64,000 bases of DNA. It comes from Auanema rhodensis (taxonomy: Eukaryota > Animalia > Nematoda). The stretch's first letter is position 1. Each line of letters starts with the position of its first letter. Position numbers and translations under genes: made by a program. The notes beneath the pieces are model-generated. The model was given only the letters and a program-made list of their open reading frames with translations. It was not told where the DNA came from and did no database searches. Below are positions 41,601-55,300 of this stretch, piece by piece. Location: assembly GCA_964057225.1 (NCBI GenBank), contig OZ059894.1, forward strand, positions 2,976,001 through 3,040,000. Direction: 5' to 3'.

Positions 41601-44600
41601 GATTTTCAAGCTGCGTCGATCTGTGTTATCAGATTTGCGCTAGCTTAAAAATGCACCGAGATATCAACTGATATAAGTTCACACATATATCCTCGATTTT
41701 CACCCTGAAGAATTAATTTTTTCGTTGAATAACATTGTCCATCGTCTTTGCCTTGAAAAAAGGAATCTAAAAACATCTACTTTTCGCTAAATTATTTTGA
41801 AATTTTTCGAAAAAATTTTTGTCAAAATGTTTTTGGAAGTAATGTTGAGTGTACATGGAAACTCAACATACACTAATGCATCATTTTTCAAACGATCATA
41901 ACTAATTTTTGTATTAAGCGTTTTTCAATGTAGTATAGTGCATTCGATGCGGATTTTCAAGCTGCGTCGATCTGTGTTATCAGATTTGCGCTAGCTTAAA
42001 AATGCACCGAGATATCAACTGATATAAGTTCACACATATATCCTCGATTTTCACCCTGAAGAATTAATTTTTTCGTTGAATAACATTGTCCATCGTCTTT
42101 GCCTTGAAAAAGGGAATCTAAAAACATCTACTTTTCGCTAAATTATTTTGAAATTTTTCGAAAAAATTTTTGTCAAAATGTTTTTGGAAGTAATGTTGAG
42201 TGTACATGGAAACTCAACATACACTAATGCATCATTTTTCAAACGATCATAACTAATTTTTGTATTAAGCGTTTTTCAATGTAGTATAGTGCATTCGATG
42301 CGGATTTTTAAGCTGCGTCGATCTGTGTTATCAGATTTGCGCTAGCTTAAAAATGCACCGAGATATCAACTGATATAAGTTCACACTTATATCCTCGATT
42401 TTCACCCTGAAGAATTAATTTTTTCGTTGAATAACATTGTCCATCGTCTTTGCCTTGAAAAAAGGAATCTAAAAACATCTACTTTTCGCTAAATTATTTT
42501 GAAATTTTTCGAAAAAATTTTTGTCAAAATGTTTTTGGAAGCAATGTTGAGTGTACATGGAAACTCAACATACACTAATGCATCATTTTTCAAACAATCA
42601 TAACTAATTTTTGTATTAAGCGTTTTTCAATGTAGTATAGTGCATTCGATGCGGATTTTTAAGCTGCGTCGATCTGTGTTATCCGATTTGCGCTAGCTGA
42701 AAAATGCACCGAGATATCAACTGATATAAGTTCACACTTATATCCTCGATTTTCACCCTGAAGAATTAATTTTTTCGTTGAATAACATTGTCCATCGTCT
42801 TTGCCTTGAAAAAAGGAATCTAAAAACATCTACTTTTCGCTAAATTATTTTGAAATTTTTCGAAAAAATTTTTGTCAAAATGTTTTTGGAAGTAATGTTG
42901 AGTGTACATGGAAACTCAACATACACTAATGCATCATTTTTCAAACGATCATAACTAATTTTTGTATTGAGCGTTTTGCAATGTAGTATAGTGCATTCGA
43001 TGCGGATTTTCAAGCTGCGTCGATCTGTGTTATCAGATTTGCGCTAGCTTAAAAATGCACCGAGATATCAACTGATATAAGTTCACACATATATCCTCGA
43101 TTTTCACCCTGAAGAATTAATTTTTTCGTTGAATAACATTGTCCATCGTCTTTGCCTTGAAAAAAGGATCCTAAAAACATCTACTTTTCGCTAAATTATT
43201 TTGAAATTTTTCGAAAAAATTTTTGTCAAAATGTTTTTGGAAGCAATGTTGAGTGTACATGGAAACTCAACATACACTAATGCATCATTTTTCAAACAAT
43301 CATCACTAATTTTTGTATTAAGCGTTTTTCAATGTAGTATAGTGCATTCGATGCGGATTTTTAAGCTGCGTCGATCTGTGTTATCCGATTTGCGCTAGCT
43401 GAAAAATGCACCGAGATATCAACTGATATAAGTTCACACTTATATCCTCGATTTTCACCCTGAAGAATTAATTTTTTCGTTGAATAACATTGTCCATCGT
43501 CTTTGCCTTGAAAAAAGGAATCTAAAAACATCTACTTTTCGCTAAATTATTTTGAAATTTTTCGAAAAAATTTTTGTCAAAATGTTTTTGGAAGCAATGT
43601 TGAGTGTACATGGAAACTCAACATACACTAATGCATCATTTTTCAAACGATCATAACTAATTTTTGTATTGAGCGTTTTTCAATGTAGTGTAGTGCATTC
43701 GATGCGGATTTTTAAGCTGCGTCGAGCTGTGTTATCAGATTTGTGCTAGCTTAAAAATGCACCGAGATATCAACTGATATAAGTTCACACATATATCCTC
43801 GATTTTCACCCTGAAGAATTAATTTTTTCGTTGAATAACATTGTCCATCGTCTTTGCCTTGAAAAAAGGAATCTAAAAACATCTACTTTTCGCTAAATTA
43901 TTTTGAAATTTTTCGAAAAAATTTTTGTCAAAATGTTTTTGGAAGTAATGTTGAGTGTACATGGAAACTCAACATACACTAATGCATCATTTTTCAAACG
44001 ATCATAACTAATTTTTGTATTAAGCGTTTTTCAATGTAGTATAGTGCATTCGATGCGGATTTTCAAGCTGCGTCGATCTGTGTTATCAGATTTGCGCTAG
44101 CTTAAAAATGCACCGAGATATCAACTGATATAAGTTCACACATATATCCTCGATTTTCACCCTGAAGAATTAATTTTTTCGTTGATTAACATTGTCCATC
44201 GTCTTTGCCTTGAAAAAAGGAATCTAAAAACATCTACTTTTCGCTAAATTATTTTGAAATTTTTCGAAAAAATTTTTGTCAAAATGTTTTTGGAAGTAAT
44301 GTTGAGTGTACATGGAAACTCAACATACACTAATGCATCATTTTTCAAACGATCATAACTAATTTTTGTATTAAGCGTTTTTCAATGTAGTATAGTGCAT
44401 TCGATGCGGATTTTCAAGCTGCGTCGATCTGTGTTATCAGATTTGCGCTAGCTTAAAAATGCACCGAGATATCAACTGATATAAGTTCACACATATATCC
44501 TCGATTTTCACCCTGAAGAATTAATTTTTTCGTTGAATAACATTGTCCATCGTCTTTGCCTTGAAAAAAGGAATCTAAAAACATCTACTTTTCGCTAAAT

Positions 44601-46329
44601 TATTTTGAAATTTTTCGAAAAAATTTTTGTCAAAATGTTTTTGGAAGTAATGTTGAGTGTACATGGAAACTCAACATACACTAATGCATCATTTTTCAAA
44701 CGATCATAACTAATTTTTGTATTAAGCGTTTTTCAATGTAGTATAGTGCATTCGATGCGGATTTTCAAGCTGCGTCGATCTGTGTTATCAGATTTGCGCT
44801 AGCTTAAAAATGCACCGAGATATCAACTGATATAAGTTCACACATATATCCTCGATTTTCACCCTGAAGAATTAATTTTTTCGTTGAATAACATTGTCCA
44901 TCGTCTTTGCCTTGAAAAAGGGAATCTAAAAACATCTACTTTTCGCTAAATTATTTTGAAATTTTTCGAAAAAATTTTTGTCAAAATGTTTTTGGAAGTA
45001 ATGTTGAGTGTACATGGAAACTCAACATACACTAATGCATCATTTTTCAAACGATCATAACTAATTTTTGTATTAAGCGTTTTTCAATGTAGTATAGTGC
45101 ATTCGATGCGGATTTTTAAGCTGCGTCGATCTGTGTTATCAGATTTGCGCTAGCTTAAAAATGCACCGAGATATCAACTGATATAAGTTCACACTTATAT
45201 CCTCGATTTTCACCCTGAAGAATTAATTTTTTCGTTGAATAACATTGTCCATCGTCTTTGCCTTGAAAAAAGGAATCTAAAAACATCTACTTTTCGCTAA
45301 ATTATTTTGAAATTTTTCGAAAAAATTTTTGTCAAAATGTTTTTGGAAGCAATGTTGAGTGTACATGGAAACTCAACATACACTAATGCATCATTTTTCA
45401 AACAATCATAACTAATTTTTGTATTAAGCGTTTTTCAATGTAGTATAGTGCATTCGATGCGGATTTTTAAGCTGCGTCGATCTGTGTTATCCGATTTGCG
45501 CTAGCTGAAAAATGCACCGAGATATCAACTGATATAAGTTCACACTTATATCCTCGATTTTCACCCTGAAGAATTAATTTTTTCGTTGAATAACATTGTC
45601 CATCGTCTTTGCCTTGAAAAAAGGAATCTAAAAACATCTACTTTTCGCTAAATTATTTTGAAATTTTTCGAAAAAATTTTTGTCAAAATGTTTTTGGAAG
45701 TAATGTTGAGTGTACATGGAAACTCAACATACACTAATGCATCATTTTTCAAACGATCATAACTAATTTTTGTATTAAGCGTTTTGCAATGTAGTATAGT
45801 GCATTCGATGCGGATTTTCAAGCTGCGTCGATCTGTGTTATCAGATTTGCGCTAGCTTAAAAATGCACCGAGATATCAACTGATATAAGTTCACACACAT
45901 ATCCTCGATTTTCACCCTGAAGAATTAATTTTTTCGTTGAATAACATTGTCCATCGTCTTTGCCTTGAAAAAGGGAATCTAAAAACATCTACTTTTCGCT
46001 AAATTATTTTGAAATTTTTCGAAAAAATTTTTGTCAAAATGTTTTTGGAAGTAATGTTGAGTGTACATGGAAACTCAACATACACTAATGCATCATTTTT
46101 CAAACGATCATAACTAATTTTTGTATTAAGCGTTTTTCAATGTAGTATAGTGCATTCGATGCGGATTTTTAAGCTGCGTCGATCTGTGTTATCAGATTTG
46201 CGCTAGCTTAAAAATGCACCGAGATATCAACTGATATAAGTTCACACTTATATCCTCGATTTTCACCCTGAAGAATTAATTTTTTCGTTGAATAACATTG
46301 TCCATCGTCTTTGCCTTGAAAAAAGGAAT
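32641..46329. repeat. Sub-domain dominated by the ggaagTaatg variant, containing a 6-mer (2106 bp) higher-order repeat
   Basis: gaagTaat is in the majority of monomers from 32714 to 46052. The marker aaGggaat lies at 37900, 40006, 42112, 44920 and 45973 (spacings 6, 6, 8 and 3 monomers). Confidence 0.88.
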
Positions 46330-49300
46330 CTAAAAACATCTACTTTTCGCTAAATTATTTTGAAATTTTTCGAAAAAATTTTTGTCAAAATGTTTTTGGA
46401 AGCAATGTTGAGTGTACATGGAAACTCAACATACACTAATGCATCATTTTTCAAACAATCATAACTAATTTTTGTATTAAGCGTTTTTCAATGTAGTATA
46501 GTGCATTCGATGCGGATTTTTAAGCTGCGTCGATCTGTGTTATCCGATTTGCGCTAGCTGAAAAATGCACCGAGATATCAACTGATATAAGTTCACACTT
46601 ATATCCTCGATTTTCACCCTGAAGAATTAATTTTTTCGTTGAATAACATTGTCCATCGTCTTTGCTTTGAAGAAAGGAATCTAAAAACATCTACTTTTTG
46701 CTAAATTATTCTGAAATTTTTCGAAAAAATTTTTGTCAAAATGTTTTTGGAAGCAATGTTGAGTGTACATGGAAACTCAACATACACTAATGCATCATTT
46801 TTCAAACGATCATAACTAATTTTTGTATTAAGCGTTTTTCAATGTAGTATAGTGCATTCGATGCGGATTTTCAAGCTGCGTCGATCTGTGTTATCAGATT
46901 TGCGCTAGCTTAAAAATGCACCGAGATATCAACTGATATAAGTTCACACTTATATCCTCGATTTTCACCCTGAAGAATTAATTTTTTCGATGAATAACAT
47001 TGTCCATCGTCTTTGCCTTGAAAAAAGGAATCTAAAAACATCTACTTTTCGCTAAATTATTTTGAAATTTTTCGAAAAAATTTTTGTCAAAATGTTTTTG
47101 GAAGCAATGTTGAGTGTACATGGAAACTCAACATACACTAATGCATCATTTTTCAAACAATCATAACTAATTTTTGTATTAAGCGTTTTTCAATGTAGTA
47201 TAGTGCATTCGATGCGGATTTTTAAGCTGCGTCGATCTGTGTTATCCGATTTGCGCTAGCTGAAAAATGCACCGAGATATCAACTGATATAAGTTCACAC
47301 TTATATCCTCGATTTTCACCCTGAAGAATTAATTTTTTCGTTGAATAACATTGTCCATCGTCTTTGCTTTGAAGAAAGGAATCTAAAAACATCTACTTTT
47401 TGCTAAATTATTCTGAAATTTTTCGAAAAAATTTTTGTCAAAATGTTTTTGGAAGCAATGTTGAGTGTACATGGAAACTCAACATACACTAATGCATCAT
47501 TTTTCAAACGATCATAACTAATTTTTGTATTAAGCGTTTTTCAATGTAGTATAGTGCATTCGATGCGGATTTTCAAGCTGCGTCGATCTGTGTTATCAGA
47601 TTTGCGCTAGCTTAAAAATGCACCGAGATATCAACTGATATAAGTTCACACTTATATCCTCGATTTTCACCCTGAAGAATTAATTTTTTCGATGAATAAC
47701 ATTGTCCATCGTCTTTGCCTTGAAAAAAGGAATCTAAAAACATCTACTTTTCGCTAAATTATTTTGAAATTTTTCGAAAAAATTTTTGTCAAAATGTTTT
47801 TGGAAGCAATGTTGAGTGTACATGGAAACTCAACATACACTAATGCATCATTTTTCAAACAATCATAACTAATTTTTGTATTAAGCGTTTTTCAATGTAG
47901 TATAGTGCATTCGATGCGGATTTGTAAGCTGCGTCGATCTGTGTTATCCGATTTGCGCTAGCTGAAAAATGCACCGAGATATCAACTGATATAAGTTCAC
48001 ACTTATATCCTCGATTTTCACCCTGAAGAATTAATTTTTTCGTTGAATAACATTGTCCATCGTCTTTGCCTTGAAAAAAAGAATCTAAAAACATCTACTT
48101 TTTGCTAAATTATTTTGAAATTTTTCGAAAAAATTTTTGTCAAAATGTTTTTGGAAGCAATGTTGATTGTACATGGAAACTCAACATACACTAATGCATC
48201 ATTTTTCAAACGATCATAACTAATTTTTGTATTGAGCGTTTTTCAATGTAGTATAGTGCATTCGATGCGGATTTTTAAGCTGCGTCGAGCTGTGTTATCA
48301 GATTTGCGCTAGCTTAAAAATGCACCGAGATATCAACTGATATAAGTTCACACATATATCCTCGATTTTCACCCTGAAGAATTAATTTTTTCGTTGAATA
48401 ACATTGTCCATCGTCTTTGCCTTGAAAAAAGGAAACTAAAAACATCTACTTTTCGCTAAATTATTTTGAAATTTTTCGAAAAAATTTTTGTCAAAATGTT
48501 TTTGGAAGCAATGTTGAGTGTACATGGAAACTCAACATACACTAATGCATCATTTTTCAAACAATCATAACTAATTTTTGTATTAAGCGTTTTTCAATGT
48601 AGTATAGTGCATTCGATGCGGATTTTTAAGCTGCGTCGATCTGTGTTATCCGATTTGCGCTAGCTTAAAAATGCACCGAGATATCAACTGATATAAGTTC
48701 ACACATATATCCTCGATTTTCACCCTGAAGAATTAATTTTTTCGTTGAATAACATTGTCCATCGTCTTTGCCTTGAAAAAAGGAAACTAAAAACATCTAC
48801 TTTTCGCTAAATTATCTTGAAATTTTTCGAAAAAATTTTTGTCAAAATGTTTTTGGAAGCAATGTTGAGTGTACATGGAAACTCAACATACACTAATGCA
48901 TCATTTTTCAAACAATCATAACTAATTATTGTATTAAGCGTTTTTCAATGTAGTATAGTGCATTCGATGCGGATTTTTAAGCTGCGTCGATCTGTGTTAT
49001 CAGATTTGCGCTAGCTTAAAAATGCACCGAGATATCAACTGATATAAGTTCACACTTATATCCTCGATTTTCACCCTGAAGAATTAATTTTTTCGTTGAA
49101 TAACATTGTCCATCGTCTTTGCCTTGAAAAAAGGAATCTAAAAACATCTACTTTTCGCTAAATTATTTTGAAATTTTTCGAAAAAATTTTTGTCAAAATG
49201 TTTTTGGAAGCAATGTTGAGTGTACATGGAAACTCAACATACACTAATGCATCATTTTTCAAACGATCATAACTAATTTTTGTATTGAGCGTTTTTCAAT

Positions 49301-52300
49301 GTAGTATAGTGCATTCGATGCGGATTTTCAAGCTGCGTCGATCTGTGTTATCAGATTTGCGCTAGCTTAAAAATGCATCGATATATCAACTGATAAAAGT
49401 TCACACTTATATCCTCGATTTTCACCCTGAAGAATTAATTTTTTCGATGAATAACATTGTCCATCGTCTTTGCCTTGAAAAAAGGAATCTAAAAACATCT
49501 ACTTTTCGCTGAATTATTTTGAAATTTTTCGAAAAAATTTTTGTCAAAATGTTTTTGGAAGCAATGTTGAGTGTACATGGAAACTCAACATACACTAATG
49601 CATCATTTTTCAAACAATCAAAACTAATTATTGTATTAAGCGTTTTTCAATGTAGTATAGTGCATTCGATGCGGATTTTTAAGCTGCGTCGATCTGTGTT
49701 ATCCGATTTGCGCTAGCTGAAAAATGCACCGAGATATCAACTGATATAAGTTCACACTTATATCCTCGATTTTCACCCTGAAGAATTAATTTTTTCGTTG
49801 AATAACATTGTCCATCGTCTTTGCCTTGAAAAAAAGAATCTAAAAACATCTACTTTTTGCTAAATTATTTTGAAATTTTTCGAAAAAATTTTTGTCAAAA
49901 TGTTTTTGGAAGCAATGTTGAGTGTACATGGAAACTCAACATACACTAATGCATCATTTTTCAAACGATCATAACTAATTTTTGTATTAAGCGTTTTTCA
50001 ATGTAGTATAGTGCATTCGATGCGGATTTTCAAGCTGCGTCGATCTGTGTTATCAGATTTGCGCTAGCTTAAAAATGCACCGATATATCAACTGATAAAT
50101 GTTCACACTTATATCCTCGATTTTCACCCTGAAGAATTAATTTTTTCGATGAATAACATTGTCCATCGTCTTTGCCTTGAAAAAAGGAATCTAAAAACAT
50201 CTACTTTTCGCTAAATTATTTTGAAATTTTTCGAAAAAATTTTTGTCAAAATGTTTTTGGAAGCAATGTTGAGTGTACATGGAAACTCAACATACACTAA
50301 TGCATCATTTTTCAAACAATCATAACTAATTATTGTATTAAGCGTTTTTCAATGTAGTATAGTGCATTCGATGCGGATTTTTAAGCTGCGTCGATCTGTG
50401 TTATCCGATTTGCGCTAGCTGAAAAATGCACCGAGATATCAACTGATATAAGTTCACACTTATATCCTCGATTTTCACCCTGAAGAATTAATTTTTTCGT
50501 TGAATAACATTGTCCATCGTCTTTGCCTTGAAAAAAAGAATCTAAAAACATCTACTTTTTGCTAAATTATTTTGAAATTTTTCGAAAAAATTTTTGTCAA
50601 AATGTTTTTGGAAGCAATGTTGAGTGTACATGGAAACTCAACATACACTAATGCATCATTTTTCAAACGATCATAACTAATTTTTGTATTAAGCGTTTTT
50701 CAATGTAGTATAGTGCATTCGATGCGGATTTTCAAGCTGCGTCGATCTGTGTTATCAGATTTGCGCTAGCTTAAAAATGCACCGATATATCAACTGATAA
50801 ATGTTCACACTTATATCCTCGATTTTCACCCTGAAGAATTAATTTTTTCGATGAATAACATTGTCCATCGTCTTTGCCTTGAAAAAAGGAATCTAAAAAC
50901 ATCTACTTTTCGCTAAATTATTTTGAAATTTTTCGAAAAAATTTTTGTCAAAATGTTTTTGGAAGCAATGTTGAGTGTACATGGAAACTCAACATACACT
51001 AATGCATCATTTTTCAAACAATCATAACTAATTTTTGTATTAAGCGTTTTTCAATGTAGTATAGTGCATTCGATGCGGATTTTTAAGCTGCGTCGATCTG
51101 TGTTATCCGATTTGCGCTAGCTGAAAAATGCACCGAGATATCAACTGATATAAGTTCACACTTATATCCTCGATTTTCACCCTGAAGAATTAATTTTTTC
51201 GTTGAATAACATTGTCCATCGTCTTTGCTTTGAAGAAAGGAATCTAAAAACATCTACTTTTTGCTAAATTATTCTGAAATTTTTCGAAAAAATTTTTGTC
51301 AAAATGTTTTTGGAAGCAATGTTGAGTGTACATGGAAACTCAACATACACTAATGCATCATTTTTCAAACGATCATAACTAATTTTTGTATTAAGCGTTT
51401 TTCAATGTAGTATAGTGCATTCGATGCGGATTTTCAAGCTGCGTCGATCTGTGTTATCAGATTTGCGCTAGCTTAAAAATGCACCGAGATATCAACTGAT
51501 ATAAGTTCACACTTATATCCTCGATTTTCACCCTGAAGAATTAATTTTTTCGATGAATAACATTGTCCATCGTCTTTGCCTTGAAAAAAGGAATCTAAAA
51601 ACATCTACTTTTCGCTAAATTATTTTGAAATTTTTCGAAAAAATTTTTGTCAAAATGTTTTTGGAAGCAATGTTGAGTGTACATGGAAACTCAACATACA
51701 CTAATGCATCATTTTTCAAACAATCATAACTAATTTTTGTATTAAGCGTTTTTCAATGTAGTATAGTGCATTCGATGCGGATTTTTAAGCTGCGTCGATC
51801 TGTGTTATCCGATTTGCGCTAGCTGAAAAATGCACCGAGATATCAACTGATATAAGTTCACACTTATATCCTCGATTTTCACCCTGAAGAATTAATTTTT
51901 TCGTTGAATAACATTGTCCATCGTCTTTGCCTTGAAAAAAAGAATCTAAAAACATCTACTTTTTGCTAAATTATTTTGAAATTTTTCGAAAAAATTTTTG
52001 TCAAAATGTTTTTGGAAGCAATGTTGATTGTACATGGAAACTCAACATACACTAATGCATCATTTTTCAAACGATCATAACTAATTTTTGTATTGAGCGT
52101 TTTTCAATGTAGTATAGTGCATTCGATGCGGATTTTTAAGCTGCGTCGAGCTGTGTTATCAGATTTGCGCTAGCTTAAAAATGCACCGAGATATCAACTG
52201 ATATAAGTTCACACATATATCCTCGATTTTCACCCTGAAGAATTAATTTTTTCGTTGAATAACATTGTCCATCGTCTTTGCCTTGAAAAAAGGAAACTAA

Positions 52301-55300
52301 AAACATCTACTTTTCGCTAAATTATTTTGAAATTTTTCGAAAAAATTTTTGTCAAAATGTTTTTGGAAGCAATGTTGAGTGTACATGGAAACTCAACATA
52401 CACTAATGCATCATTTTTCAAACAATCATAACTAATTTTTGTATTAAGCGTTTTTCAATGTAGTATAGTGCATTCGATGCGGATTTTTAAGCTGCGTCGA
52501 TCTGTGTTATCCGATTTGCGCTAGCTTAAAAATGCACCGAGATATCAACTGATATAAGTTCACACATATATCCTCGATTTTCACCCTGAAGAATTAATTT
52601 TTTCGTTGAATAACATTGTCCATCGTCTTTGCCTTGAAAAAAGGAAACTAAAAACATCTACTTTTCGCTAAATTATCTTGAAATTTTTCGAAAAAATTTT
52701 TGTCAAAATGTTTTTGGAAGCAATGTTGAGTGTACATGGAAACTCAACATACACTAATGCATCATTTTTCAAACAATCATAACTAATTTTTGTATTAAGC
52801 GTTTTTCAATGTAGTATAGTGCATTCGATGCGGATTTTTAAGCTGCGTCGATCTGTGTTATCCGATTTGCGCTAGCTGAAAAATGCACCGAGATATCAAC
52901 TGATATAAGTTCACACTTATATCCTCGATTTTCACCCTGAAGAATTAATTTTTTCGTTGAATAACATTGTCCATCGTCTTTGCTTTGAAGAAAGGAATCT
53001 AAAAACATCTACTTTTTGCTAAATTATTCTGAAATTTTTCGAAAAAATTTTTGTCAAAATGTTTTTGGAAGCAATGTTGAGTGTACATGGAAACTCAACA
53101 TACACTAATGCATCATTTTTCAAACGATCATAACTAATTTTTGTATTAAGCGTTTTTCAATGTAGTATAGTGCATTCGATGCGGATTTTCAAGCTGCGTC
53201 GATCTGTGTTATCAGATTTGCGCTAGCTTAAAAATGCACCGAGATATCAACTGATATAAGTTCACACTTATATCCTCGATTTTCACCCTGAAGAATTAAT
53301 TTTTTCGATGAATAACATTGTCCATCGTCTTTGCCTTGAAAAAAGGAATCTAAAAACATCTACTTTTCGCTAAATTATTTTGAAATTTTTCGAAAAAATT
53401 TTTGTCAAAATGTTTTTGGAAGCAATGTTGAGTGTACATGGAAACTCAACATACACTAATGCATCATTTTTCAAACAATCATAACTAATTTTTGTATTAA
53501 GCGTTTTTCAATGTAGTATAGTGCATTCGATGCGGATTTTTAAGCTGCGTCGATCTGTGTTATCCGATTTGCGCTAGCTGAAAAATGCACCGAGATATCA
53601 ACTGATATAAGTTCACACTTATATCCTCGATTTTCACCCTGAAGAATTAATTTTTTCGTTGAATAACATTGTCCATCGTCTTTGCCTTGAAAAAAAGAAT
53701 CTAAAAACATCTACTTTTTGCTAAATTATTTTGAAATTTTTCGAAAAAATTTTTGTCAAAATGTTTTTGGAAGCAATGTTGATTGTACATGGAAACTCAA
53801 CATACACTAATGCATCATTTTTCAAACGATCATAACTAATTTTTGTATTGAGCGTTTTTCAATGTAGTATAGTGCATTCGATGCGGATTTTTAAGCTGCG
53901 TCGAGCTGTGTTATCAGATTTGCGCTAGCTTAAAAATGCACCGAGATATCAACTGATATAAGTTCACACATATATCCTCGATTTTCACCCTGAAGAATTA
54001 ATTTTTTCGTTGAATAACATTGTCCATCGTCTTTGCCTTGAAAAAAGGAAACTAAAAACATCTACTTTTCGCTAAATTATTTTGAAATTTTTCGAAAAAA
54101 TTTTTGTCAAAATGTTTTTGGAAGCAATGTTGAGTGTACATGGAAACTCAACATACACTAATGCATCATTTTTCAAACAATCATAACTAATTTTTGTATT
54201 AAGCGTTTTTCAATGTAGTATAGTGCATTCGATGCGGATTTTTAAGCTGCGTCGATCTGTGTTATCCGATTTGCGCTAGCTTAAAAATGCACCGAGATAT
54301 CAACTGATATAAGTTCACACATATATCCTCGATTTTCACCCTGAAGAATTAATTTTTTCGTTGAATAACATTGTCCATCGTCTTTGCCTTGAAAAAAGGA
54401 AACTAAAAACATCTACTTTTCGCTAAATTATCTTGAAATTTTTCGAAAAAATTTTTGTCAAAATGTTTTTGGAAGCAATGTTGAGTGTACATGGAAACTC
54501 AACATACACTAATGCATCATTTTTCAAACAATCATAACTAATTATTGTATTAAGCGTTTTTCAATGTAGTATAGTGCATTCGATGCGGATTTTTAAGCTG
54601 CGTCGATCTGTGTTATCAGATTTGCGCTAGCTTAAAAATGCACCGAGATATCAACTGATATAAGTTCACACTTATATCCTCGATTTTCACCCTGAAGAAT
54701 TAATTTTTTCGTTGAATAACATTGTCCATCGTCTTTGCCTTGAAAAAAGGAATCTAAAAACATCTACTTTTCGCTAAATTATTTTGAAATTTTTCGAAAA
54801 AATTTTTGTCAAAATGTTTTTGGAAGCAATGTTGAGTGTACATGGAAACTCAACATACACTAATGCATCATTTTTCAAACGATCATAACTAATTTTTGTA
54901 TTGAGCGTTTTTCAATGTAGTATAGTGCATTCGATGCGGATTTTCAAGCTGCGTCGATCTGTGTTATCAGATTTGCGCTAGCTTAAAAATGCATCGATAT
55001 ATCAACTGATAAAAGTTCACACTTATATCCTCGATTTTCACCCTGAAGAATTAATTTTTTCGATGAATAACATTGTCCATCGTCTTTGCCTTGAAAAAAG
55101 GAATCTAAAAACATCTACTTTTCGCTGAATTATTTCGAAATTTTTCGAAAAAATTTTTGTCAAAATGTTTTTGGAAGCAATGTTGAGTGTACATGGAAAC
55201 TCAACATACACTAATGCATCATTTTTCAAACAATCAAAACTAATTATTGTATTAAGCGTTTTTCAATGTAGTATAGTGCATTCGATGCGGATTTTTAAGC

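Noticed and set aside
47855-48094. 79-aa minus-strand ORF
   Set aside because: It depends on a singleton variant (tttGtaag at 47924) together with gctGaaa opening the frame in one monomer; there is no support for coding function.
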